From: Gemmatimonadales bacterium
GTDB taxonomy: Bacteria > Gemmatimonadota > Gemmatimonadetes > Gemmatimonadales > GWC2-71-9
Reading direction: 5' to 3'
NCBI GenBank assembly: GCA_041615815.1
Contig: JBFJCP010000007.1
Coordinates: 72,048 to 136,047, forward strand
Length of the DNA stretch: 64,000 bases
Numbering within the stretch: the stretch's first letter is position 1; every line of letters starts with the position of its first letter. The position numbers were made by a program, and so were the translations under genes. The notes below the pieces were generated by a model. It was not told the DNA's origin. It saw only the letters and a list, made by a program, of their open reading frames with translations, and did no database searches. Below are positions 53,306 through 62,197 of the stretch, one piece after another.

Positions 53306-54517
53306 ATGACGAACACGAGTAGAGTCCTGCTGCTAGGACTTGCGCCACTCACGTTGGCATTCCTCGCCGCCTGCGGTGAAGCCATCGCCCCGCAGCCTGG
53401 CACGCCGGGTGAGGAACCGCCTGCTCCCCCCCCGCCGGTGGTCACTCCGAAGACGGCGGCGACCGTGCACCATCTCCGCTGGAGCGAGTCCGGTGGGCCG
53501 TCGCAGGTGGCCCCCAGCCTCGGCCAGAGCCAGCAGCCACCGGTGACCGAGTTGTATCTCGCGGGGACCGGCGTTCCGCGGGGATCATTGGCACAGTCCG
53601 CCCCGAGTGCATCGGTGCTTCCGAATTACGACCCCGGCCGCGACGCTTTTCCTGGTTTGCTGCTTCAAGCGACCGACAACGGCCTCATGGAATCGGATCC
53701 CGTCAAATACCAGAAGTGGGTGGGAGGCCCGAGCCCGATCGACGTGGACGGACCTGTCTCACTCGTCCTGTGGAGTGCGATGCAGGATTTTGACCAAGAC
53801 GACAACGGCGTGGTGCATGCCGGCTTGTTCGAGTGCGACGCGGGTGGATCCAACTGCGACCCCATCGTGCAAGCGACGCTCAAGCTCGATCCGTGGAGCG
53901 GTTCGAGTTCGTGGGTGGAACGCACCATCGACTTCGGTCCGGTGACGCGCAGCGTCCCCCCTGGGCGTGTCCTAGCCGTCAAAATCGTTGTTGAGGAAAA
54001 CGACATGTGGTTCGCTTACGGGACCACAGCGCAGCCGAGCCGGCTCGCCTTTAGTGGTCCCAAGCCGGTGCCCTACGAGGTGAGCGTGTGGGCAGTGCGT
54101 GGGGAACAGCGCTCGGTCGACATCAACAACCAGGCCACCGGGAATCCCTTTTTGCAGCTCGACGTCTTCGATCCGGTTCAGCTGTCTGACGGTACGCCGA
54201 TCGGCGTTGGCGACTCCGTGATGCTCACCGTGACGGTCGACCCCGAAAAGCTCGTCGTCTCGCTGGAGCCTTCCGGCATCACCTTTGGGCAGGAGCCCAC
54301 CCAGCTCCGGATGTGGTACAGCGATGCCGATCCCGACTTCAACGGCGACGGCGTGGTGGACGACGAAGACGTCCGCATTGAGAACGACCTCCTGGAGGTC
54401 TGGTACCAGGAAGTCGCTGGGGCCCCCTGGGAGACCATCGTGGCCATCAAGTCGGCCGAGGACGGGTCGTTCACGGCGGTGCTGGACCACTTCTCGAATT
54501 ACGCCGTTGCTTGGTAG
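53306..54517 (+). CDS. ZU5-like lipoprotein 3 with inserted domain (ends HFSNYAVAW)
   Basis: Lipobox LAAC; Pro-rich linker; LEPSGITF; DFNGDGVVDDED. Confidence 0.8.
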   Translation: MTNTSRVLLLGLAPLTLAFLAACGEAIAPQPGTPGEEPPAPPPPVVTPKTAATVHHLRWSESGGPSQVAPSLGQSQQPPVTELYLAGTGVPRGSLAQSAPSASVLPNYDPGRDAFPGLLLQATDNGLMESDPVKYQKWVGGPSPIDVDGPVSLVLWSAMQDFDQDDNGVVHAGLFECDAGGSNCDPIVQATLKLDPWSGSSSWVERTIDFGPVTRSVPPGRVLAVKIVVEENDMWFAYGTTAQPSRLAFSGPKPVPYEVSVWAVRGEQRSVDINNQATGNPFLQLDVFDPVQLSDGTPIGVGDSVMLTVTVDPEKLVVSLEPSGITFGQEPTQLRMWYSDADPDFNGDGVVDDEDVRIENDLLEVWYQEVAGAPWETIVAIKSAEDGSFTAVLDHFSNYAVAW

Positions 54518-54521
54518 GTAC

Positions 54522-55133
54522 ATGAAGCCTTCAGCGCGACACACACCCCGGACGAAGGCGGCAGCCGGCATTGCCCTGGTCCTCGCCGTCGGAGCCTGCG
54601 GCCAGGCGGGAACTCCCGTCGAACCGAGCACCCCGACGGTGAACGTGACCTTACCGGCCGGCACGCTCGCACACATTCCGAGCGCGCCACCGCTCGAGAC
54701 GCTGGACACATCCTTCGTGGTTGTGCAAGGTCGCGGCGGAACGTTCAAGGTCTCCTACCTCAAGGACCAAGACGATTCTGGTCCCAGCTGGTTTCTCAGA
54801 ATCTCTATCCCAGGAACTGCCGAGCTGGTCGATGCCAATGGTCGCTCGCTGATTGCAGGCGACACGCTTCGGATCACCGTACAAATCGATCCCACGCGGT
54901 TCCTAGCATCGTTCAGTCCACATGGAACGCAGTTTCTCGGGATGCAGCCGGTGACCCTGGCGTTCAACTACACGCATGCGGACCTGAGCGACCGGGACCC
55001 ATCGGATCTCGAAATTTGGTATCAGGCGCTCGGAGACGATCCCTGGGCGCCAGAACCGAGCAGCGTGGACGTACGGCAGAACATGGTGTCCATGACGCTC
55101 GAGCACTTTTCCAACTACGCAGTGGCTTGGTAG
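54522..55133 (+). CDS. ZU5-like lipoprotein 4 (ends HFSNYAVAW)
   Basis: Lipobox VGAC; FSPHGTQF...PVTL. Confidence 0.8.
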   Translation: MKPSARHTPRTKAAAGIALVLAVGACGQAGTPVEPSTPTVNVTLPAGTLAHIPSAPPLETLDTSFVVVQGRGGTFKVSYLKDQDDSGPSWFLRISIPGTAELVDANGRSLIAGDTLRITVQIDPTRFLASFSPHGTQFLGMQPVTLAFNYTHADLSDRDPSDLEIWYQALGDDPWAPEPSSVDVRQNMVSMTLEHFSNYAVAW

Positions 55134-55143
55134 AAGGTAGAGG

Positions 55144-57153
55144 ATGACGACGCAACCAATATCTGTTGAACGGGCCTGCGAACTCGCGGCGGCGGGACAC
55201 CACGCCGAGTTGCTCGCGTATCTGGGTGAGTGGCCCCTGGAGTCGATCGCGGACTCCCCAACGCTGTCGCTGTTGTACGGTACGGCACACGCTCGGCTTG
55301 GACGGCACGACGACGGGATTCACTGGGTGGATCTGGCGCTGGCCCGCGCCCGATCGCGCGACCAACGCGCCGTGGAAACCCGAGCACTCAACACTCGAGG
55401 TGCAATCGCCTTTGTGGCCGGTGAAATCGATGAAGCGTCGGACTTTTTCACGCAGGCGTTGCTGACCGCCAGCCGGGACGGCGATCATGCAACCATCGGC
55501 CGATGCTCCAACAACCTGGGGATCATCAACAATCTCCGCGGCCGCTACGCCGAAGCCATTGGGTCGTATTCCATGGCCATCGCGGCATTCGAGCGGGCGG
55601 AACTGCCACAGGGGATGGCCGAGGCACATCACAATCTCGGCATCACCTACGCCGAACAGAACCAATTCGATCGAGCGCTCGAGGAGACGGAAGCAGCCCA
55701 TCGGGACGCCGCGGCTGCGGGAGACGAGACCCTCGCCGCCATGACGGTGCGAGGTCGCGCCGAGATCCGCGTCTTCCTCGGCGAGCTGGACGAAGCGGAA
55801 CACGACATCACCGCTGCGCTCGCCGAACATCGCCGCCTGAGCGACCGGGTCGAGGAGGCGCAGGATCTTCGAATACAGGCGCTGATCAACTTGCGGAAAG
55901 GCGATGCGGACGGGGCCGAGAAGACTCTTCGAGACGTCATCACGAGCGCGGAAGCCCTGGGCCGGCCGCAGCTCGTGGCCGAAGCACGGCGGGATCTCGC
56001 CCATGTGCTGCGGGCGAAAGATCGTTACGACGAAGCGCTCGAGACAGCACGGGCCGCCATCCGACTGTTCGAACAGCTCGGAGCGGAAGGAGAAGTCCGC
56101 AAGCTGGACAGCCACGACTGGGGCTACCCCCTCGCGAAGGAGTTGAAGCGGTCGCTCGAGCCGCTCCACGCAGCGCAAAAGCTTGCCAACATGGGACGGT
56201 ACCAGGAGCTCATGACCTACCTCCAGGACCGCTCCTACGAAGATCTCAAGCAGTCTCCCACTCTCGCGCTCCTCCGGGGAATCGGACACGCCCGTCTTGG
56301 CGAGTTGGACGAGGGTTGGCAGTGGATCATGATTGCGCTCAATCGCGCCCGCCTTCTCGGGGATCGGGCGGTCGAGGTGCGAGCGCTCAACGTCTACGGC
56401 GCCATCGCGCTCGAACGGGGCGGGATCGACGAAGCCACGTACTTCTTCACCTGCGTGCAAGCACAGGCGATGGAGTCCGGTGACCTCGCCACCGTGGGGC
56501 GCTGCGCCAACAACCTCGGCATCATTGCCAACATGCAAGGCGACCACGGGCGAGCCGTGGGCGCCTACACGATGGCGCTGGCAGCATATCAGCGTGCAGG
56601 ACTTGGTCGCGGTGTGGCCGAAACCCGTCACAACCTGGGCATCACATATCGCGACAAGGGCGATCTCATCCGCGCGATGCAAGAAGCGGATGATGCCGTC
56701 GAGGCAGCCAAACAGCTAGAAGACGCCGCGCTGCATGCACAGGCATTAGCCGGCCGCGCCGAGATCAGGATCGCGCGCGGCGAGGCCGCCATCGCGATTC
56801 GCGAGGCAGAACGCGCGCTGGCGCTCCACGAGGAGCTCGGAGACGAGGTGCGACAAACCGAGGATCTCAGGATTCTCGGGTGCGCACTCGCCCAGGCGTG
56901 CCGTTTTGACGAAGCCGCAGTGAAGCTCCGGGACGTGATCGCGCGGGGGAAAGCGCATGACCGACCGCTGTTAATAGCCAGTGCGCAGCGGGACCTCGCC
57001 CACCTCCTGGATCAGACCAGCCAGCGAGACGAAGCCTATCACCTTGCCGTTGAGGCACGCGAGGCGTTCGACCGACTAAACGCCCACGGGGAAGTCCAGA
57101 AGCTGGACGCCCTGCTCGCCACCTATCCTCACGACGCCCAAGCACGGGCATGA
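55144..57153 (+). CDS. Cytoplasmic TPR protein with tandem duplication of a ~330-aa module
   Basis: RALNTRG/RALNVYG, NNLGII, HNLGITY repeats; no signal peptide. Confidence 0.88.
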   Translation: MTTQPISVERACELAAAGHHAELLAYLGEWPLESIADSPTLSLLYGTAHARLGRHDDGIHWVDLALARARSRDQRAVETRALNTRGAIAFVAGEIDEASDFFTQALLTASRDGDHATIGRCSNNLGIINNLRGRYAEAIGSYSMAIAAFERAELPQGMAEAHHNLGITYAEQNQFDRALEETEAAHRDAAAAGDETLAAMTVRGRAEIRVFLGELDEAEHDITAALAEHRRLSDRVEEAQDLRIQALINLRKGDADGAEKTLRDVITSAEALGRPQLVAEARRDLAHVLRAKDRYDEALETARAAIRLFEQLGAEGEVRKLDSHDWGYPLAKELKRSLEPLHAAQKLANMGRYQELMTYLQDRSYEDLKQSPTLALLRGIGHARLGELDEGWQWIMIALNRARLLGDRAVEVRALNVYGAIALERGGIDEATYFFTCVQAQAMESGDLATVGRCANNLGIIANMQGDHGRAVGAYTMALAAYQRAGLGRGVAETRHNLGITYRDKGDLIRAMQEADDAVEAAKQLEDAALHAQALAGRAEIRIARGEAAIAIREAERALALHEELGDEVRQTEDLRILGCALAQACRFDEAAVKLRDVIARGKAHDRPLLIASAQRDLAHLLDQTSQRDEAYHLAVEAREAFDRLNAHGEVQKLDALLATYPHDAQARA

Positions 57154-57241
57154 CATGCCGTCTCCGCCTGGATCGCCACGCCCCGGTTGGTTCACCACGA
57201 ACCACCGAACCGCCTCGGGGATAATCATACAACGTGTTTTC

Positions 57242-57254
57242 TAACAATCACTTA
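57242..57254 (+). promoter_or_regulatory. IHF-like site
   Basis: TAACAATCACTTA, one mismatch to WATCAA-N4-TTR, just upstream of a sigma-54 motif. Confidence 0.45.
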
Positions 57255-57269
57255 CGCGACTCTCTGCGC

Positions 57270-57285
57270 TGGAACGGGTTCTGCG
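57270..57285 (+). promoter_or_regulatory. Sigma-54 -24/-12 promoter of the second lipoprotein-TPR unit
   Basis: TGGAACGGGTTCTGCG. Confidence 0.65.
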
Positions 57286-57345
57286 TTTTATCGCTGCGGA
57301 TCGCAACGACGGAATTCGACTGTGCACAGTAAAGGGAGACGAGCC

Positions 57346-58041
57346 ATGTCCCACCTCCGGTGGACACTGACAACCGCGCTGATGCTGGGACTAGTGTCGT
57401 GCGCCGACACCATCGCTCCGGTGAGCGACGTTGCACGAGACAGCGGTCCGCGGCATCTGCGGTGGGCCACGACCAACACGCTGGGCTTCACCGCCAACGC
57501 GGGCATGCCCGGGGGCGAACTTCCGTTGGCGACCCCGCCGATGCACGCCACGGCAGGAGACTCGCTGGCCCTCAATACCTACGCGGCGAGCTTCTGGGCC
57601 GTTCGGGGAGAGCGACGCTTCGTCCAGATCGACTACCTGAACACGATGGACCCGACCAACACATACCCGTTCCTGCACCTGAGCATCGCGAATCCGATCA
57701 CGAGACCAAACGGAGCCGCCATCGCCCAAGGCGACTCGGTCCTGATTACCGTTACGGTGGATCCGGTGGAATTGGTCGCGTACTTGGAGCCGTCGGGGCT
57801 GCAGTTTGGCACCAGCGATTCCACCACGATCAAGATCTGGTACACGGGTGCGGACGGCGACTTCAACGGTGACGGCGTCGTAGACGACGAAGACGCGTAC
57901 ATCGAGAGCCAGATGATGGGCGTGTGGTACCAAGAGGAACTGCTAGCCCCGTGGGAAGCCATCGCTTCCACCGGCAATTTGGCAGAGAAGTGGTTCGCGG
58001 CGGTTCTCGAGCACTTCTCCGGCTACGCGATCTCCTGGTAA
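57346..58041 (+). CDS. ZU5-like lipoprotein 5 (ends HFSGYAISW)
   Basis: Lipobox LVSC; LEPSGLQF; DFNGDGVVDDED. Confidence 0.8.
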   Translation: MSHLRWTLTTALMLGLVSCADTIAPVSDVARDSGPRHLRWATTNTLGFTANAGMPGGELPLATPPMHATAGDSLALNTYAASFWAVRGERRFVQIDYLNTMDPTNTYPFLHLSIANPITRPNGAAIAQGDSVLITVTVDPVELVAYLEPSGLQFGTSDSTTIKIWYTGADGDFNGDGVVDDEDAYIESQMMGVWYQEELLAPWEAIASTGNLAEKWFAAVLEHFSGYAISW

Positions 58042-58056
58042 CGAGGAACACGCTGG

Positions 58057-60054
58057 ATGCTGCAGTTCCGACCCACTCTCGATAAGGCACGCCACCTCGC
58101 CGACGCGGGGCGCTTCGCCGAGGTCATCGAGTTCCTCGATGAGCGGCCCCGGGAAGAGATCGAGGCGTCGTCTGCACTGTCGCTCCTCTACGGGATGGCG
58201 CATGCTCGTCTGGGCCGTTCTGACAAGGGCAAGCGCTGGGTCGAGTTCGCGCTGGCGCGGGCGAGGGAACGCGAGGAGGAGGACGTTGAGATCCGTGCTC
58301 TCAACACGCGGGGGGCCATCGCGTTCGTGAGCGGCCGCATCGATCAGGCAGCGGACTACTTCACGCAGGGCTTGCTGGCAGCCAGCCGCGCCGGTGATCA
58401 CACCGTCATCGGGCGCTGCTCCAACAATCTCGGCAGCATCAACAATCTGCGGGGACGCCACGCCGAAGCGGTGGCGGCGCACGCTCTGGCGGTGGCCGCG
58501 TTCCAGCGGGCGGGGGATCATCGGGGTGTTGCGGAGGCACGCCACAACATGGGCATTTCGCTCCGCGAGCAGCGCCGATTGGACGAGGCGCTCCGGGAGG
58601 CGACGTCCGCCCGCGCCGAGGCAGTGAAAGCTGGTGATCTCACCCTCGCAGCCATGACGCTGCGAGGTCAGGCCGAGATTCACGTGGATGGCGAAGACCT
58701 GGACGTCGCCCAGGACGCCATCCAAGAGGCGCTGCGCGAGCACCGAGACCTGAAGGATGCCGTAGAGGAGGCGCAAGACCTCCGTATCGTTTCCGCCATT
58801 CACGCCGCCCGGGGGGAGAGCGGCGCGGCGGAAACGATGCTGTTGGAGGTCATCGCCCGCGCCAAGTCGCAGGACCGGCCGCTCCTCGTCGCGGAGGCAA
58901 CCCGCGATCTCGCATACGTCCTTCGCAGACAAAAGCGGCAGGCTGCGGCGCTGGACGCGGCGCGGTCAGCGATCGCGCAGTTTGAGCGCCTTGGCGCCGA
59001 AGCCGAGGTGCGAAAGCTCGACAGCCACGAGTGGGGATACCCGCTTCGTATGGATCTCGCACGGTCGCTCGAGCCACTCCACGAAGCGCAGCGCCTCGCG
59101 GACGCTGGACACTACGCCGACCTGGTGGAGCACCTCCGTTGCCTCCCAGAGGAGATCCTCGAACAGTCGCCGACCCTGGCGCTGCTCTACGGCATTGGTC
59201 TGGCCCGCTTGGGCCGCCTGGAAGCAGCGGAGCAGTGGACCATGATCGCGCTCGCCCGATCGCGGGCAACGGGTGATCGGGCGGTCGAGGTTCGCGCGCT
59301 CAACGCCTATGGCGCGATCGCACTGGACCGAGGGGGGATCGACGCCGCCGTCGAGTTCTTCACCAAGGCCCAGGAAGAAGCGATGCGGGAAGGCGACCTC
59401 GAAACCGTCGCCCGAGCGGCCAACAACCTCGGCATCGTCGCCAATATGCAGGGCGACTATGGGCGTGCCGTGGGATCCTACACGATGGCGCTCGCCGCCT
59501 ATCAACGAGCAGGATTCGAGCGGGGAGTGGCCGAAACCCATCACAATCTCGGCATCACGTATCGGGATCAGGGCAGTCTGGTGGAGGCGATGAGCGCCGC
59601 GGATCGAGCTGTGTCCGACGCCGAGCGGCTCGGGGACCGGTCACTGGAAGCGCAGACCATCGCTGGCAGGGCGGAGATTCGCCTGGCCCGCCAGGAGCCG
59701 CAGCTCGCCCACTTGGAAGCCAAGCGAGCCGCAGATATCCATCGGGATCTCGGCGACACCGTGCGGGAGAGCGAAGACTTGCGAATCCTGGCCGGTGCCA
59801 TGGCGGCGGCGGACCGGTATGACGACGCGGAACGCTTGTTGACCGACGTGATCCAACGGGCCACGGAACACCATCGCCCACTCCTCGCAGCCACGGCGCA
59901 GCGTGATCTCGCCCAACTGCTCGACCGTCTCGCACGCACGCACGAGGCGCGGACGATGGCGGAGCAAGCACGCGCCACCTTCGATCGCCTCGGGGCCCGG
60001 GTACAGGTCGAGCGCATCGACGCGTTCCTCGCGCGGCCACACCTGGCGGCGTAG
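58057..60054 (+). CDS. Cytoplasmic TPR protein, paralog of 55144..57153
   Basis: Same two-module layout; shared linker KLDSH[DE]WGYPL...RSLEPLH.AQ. Confidence 0.88.
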   Translation: MLQFRPTLDKARHLADAGRFAEVIEFLDERPREEIEASSALSLLYGMAHARLGRSDKGKRWVEFALARAREREEEDVEIRALNTRGAIAFVSGRIDQAADYFTQGLLAASRAGDHTVIGRCSNNLGSINNLRGRHAEAVAAHALAVAAFQRAGDHRGVAEARHNMGISLREQRRLDEALREATSARAEAVKAGDLTLAAMTLRGQAEIHVDGEDLDVAQDAIQEALREHRDLKDAVEEAQDLRIVSAIHAARGESGAAETMLLEVIARAKSQDRPLLVAEATRDLAYVLRRQKRQAAALDAARSAIAQFERLGAEAEVRKLDSHEWGYPLRMDLARSLEPLHEAQRLADAGHYADLVEHLRCLPEEILEQSPTLALLYGIGLARLGRLEAAEQWTMIALARSRATGDRAVEVRALNAYGAIALDRGGIDAAVEFFTKAQEEAMREGDLETVARAANNLGIVANMQGDYGRAVGSYTMALAAYQRAGFERGVAETHHNLGITYRDQGSLVEAMSAADRAVSDAERLGDRSLEAQTIAGRAEIRLARQEPQLAHLEAKRAADIHRDLGDTVRESEDLRILAGAMAAADRYDDAERLLTDVIQRATEHHRPLLAATAQRDLAQLLDRLARTHEARTMAEQARATFDRLGARVQVERIDAFLARPHLAA

Positions 60055-60383
60055 GACTCCCGACCATAGACCCGTAGGCGTCCTGTTCGGGACGATGGCG
60101 TGACATCGATTACAGCGCGTGGATTGATAGCGGCGCACCAATCCCACGGCGGTTCCTCCTCCAGCTACGCCATTCCCGTTGTCCACAACGGTGAATACCC
60201 ACCCCACCGATGCTGCCCCCGAAGCCAGAATAGTGACCGATATCACTCCACCATGAAGCGAACGTCGACACACTGCAGGGACGTGTCGTTCACCTGACCG
60301 GTCGTCCGACCCCTCCGGGGTCGATCCGGCATGATCGCAAGACCGAACCCCCTGCACAAAAACTGACGCTCGGCGAGGGAGTA

Positions 60384-62048
60384 ATGAAGCACACGCGATG
60401 GTACTCGGCTCTGCTGTCCCTGATCCTCCTCCTCGGCATGTGGGCCTGCAGCCCCAAGGCCGCCTGCGACGACGAAGCGTGCGGAACCCTGGTGGTGGTC
60501 ACGACAGCGGAAGCCGACGTCCTATTGCCGCCGGCGACGCGGAGCGATATTGGCGTCGGACTCACCGACCTCATCTTCACCAAGCTCGCGGACCTGGGAC
60601 CGGAATTGAACACCGTAGGGGATGAGGGGTTCACACCCCTTCTCGCCAACGATTGGGTGTTCGAAGACTCCTTGACGATTGCGTTCAAGATCCATCCCGA
60701 TGCGGAGTGGCACGACGGTGCGCCGGTCACCGCCACCGACGTGACCTTCACGTTCGAGGTCTACCGTGACTCGGCCATCAACTCGTCGGCGCGCCAGCGG
60801 CTTGGCCGCATTGCCTCCGTGACTGCGCGAGACGAGCGCACAGCCATCTTTCGATTCACCGAGGTCTACGCCGAGCAGTTCTTCGACGCCGTCTATCACA
60901 TGCGGATCCTGCCGCGTCATATCCTCGAGTCAGTCCCAATGGACCAGCTGGCCACCCACGCGTTTGGGCGTGAGCCTGTGGGGGCCGGCCCGTACCGCTT
61001 CGTTCGCTGGGACACTGGTGAGCTGGTGGAGCTCGAAGCAGACAGTGCGTTCTTTCTCGGGCGCCCCGGGGTCAAGCGTCTGATCTGGCGTTTCACCGCC
61101 GATCCCAACGCGGCCATTACCCATCTGGTAGCCGGGGAGGCCGACGTCATGGGATCCCTGGGCGGCCCCACCAACGTAGATCGGGTGACCGCCACGGAGC
61201 ATCTGCGGGCCGTTCCCTATCCAGTCCCGGTCTACATGTTCGTGGGTTTCAATCTCCGCGATCCCAAGAACGCCGGGCGCCCTCACCCTCTCTTTGCAGA
61301 CCGGGAAGTCAGACGCGCCGTTAGCATGGCCGTGGATCGAGCGGCGCTCGTTCGAGCCGTATTGGGTGAATACGGAAACGTCCCCGTGGGGCCTGCAACG
61401 CGACCATTGTGGATTTGGGACGACGGGATCGAACAACTGCCGTTCGACACCGCGGCCGCCCGTCGTGAGCTCGCGAGCCTCGGGTGGCAGGATAGCGACC
61501 AAAACGGCGTGCTGGACCGACAAGGCCGCGCATTCACCTTCGAACTCCTGGTGCCGGTGTCCAGCGGACTCCGGCGTCAAGCAGCGGTGATCGTGAAAGA
61601 GCAGTTGGCCCGCGTGGGCATCGACATGAAGATCCACGAGCTCGAGTTCAACACGTTCTTTGCCCGCTCGTCGTCCGGACAATTCGACGCACACTTCGGT
61701 GCCTGGGGGCAGGACCCAAGCCCTGCCTCGATAGCGGATACGTGGACCACCGCGGCCGTGGGCAATCTCAATTTCGGCTCGTATTCGAACCGGGAAGTGG
61801 ACGGCCTCATCCGCGAAGCCATGCGAGCCCCGAATCCGGCGCAGGCCAAAGCCCGTTGGCACGAGGCGCTGTCGACTCTGAACGCGGACCCTCCAGCAAT
61901 ATGGTTGCTGGAACCGGTGGCCGTTGCCGGCGTGCACCAGCGGTTCGAGGATGTCTCGATTCGTACCGATCAGTGGGCAGCGGATCTCTGGACGTGGCGC
62001 GTAGCGCGGGGTCGCATGATCGAGCGGGATCTGTTGGCGCGGCAGTGA
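60384..62048 (+). CDS. Peptide ABC transporter substrate-binding lipoprotein (OppA/DppA, SBP family 5)
   Basis: Lipobox MWAC; WHDGAPVTATDVTFT; PVGAGPYRF; VRRAVSMAVDR. Confidence 0.92.
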   Translation: MKHTRWYSALLSLILLLGMWACSPKAACDDEACGTLVVVTTAEADVLLPPATRSDIGVGLTDLIFTKLADLGPELNTVGDEGFTPLLANDWVFEDSLTIAFKIHPDAEWHDGAPVTATDVTFTFEVYRDSAINSSARQRLGRIASVTARDERTAIFRFTEVYAEQFFDAVYHMRILPRHILESVPMDQLATHAFGREPVGAGPYRFVRWDTGELVELEADSAFFLGRPGVKRLIWRFTADPNAAITHLVAGEADVMGSLGGPTNVDRVTATEHLRAVPYPVPVYMFVGFNLRDPKNAGRPHPLFADREVRRAVSMAVDRAALVRAVLGEYGNVPVGPATRPLWIWDDGIEQLPFDTAAARRELASLGWQDSDQNGVLDRQGRAFTFELLVPVSSGLRRQAAVIVKEQLARVGIDMKIHELEFNTFFARSSSGQFDAHFGAWGQDPSPASIADTWTTAAVGNLNFGSYSNREVDGLIREAMRAPNPAQAKARWHEALSTLNADPPAIWLLEPVAVAGVHQRFEDVSIRTDQWAADLWTWRVARGRMIERDLLARQ

Positions 62049-62197
62049 GAAATGGGCGATCGGCGGGATCGCATGGAGGTGTCACGACCCGCCGAGCCGT
62101 CTTGTTACCGGGCCGCCCGGAGCCAAGCGTTACCTAAGGCGTAACGGCCCCGTTTGCCCATAACGCCGAGCATCCGCTGTTTCCCGAGCTCCGGCGC

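Noticed and set aside
60100..60297. 65-aa ORF between TPR2 and the OppA-like gene as a Phr-like peptide precursor
   Set aside because: No signal peptide or RBS, atypical composition; more likely regulatory DNA.
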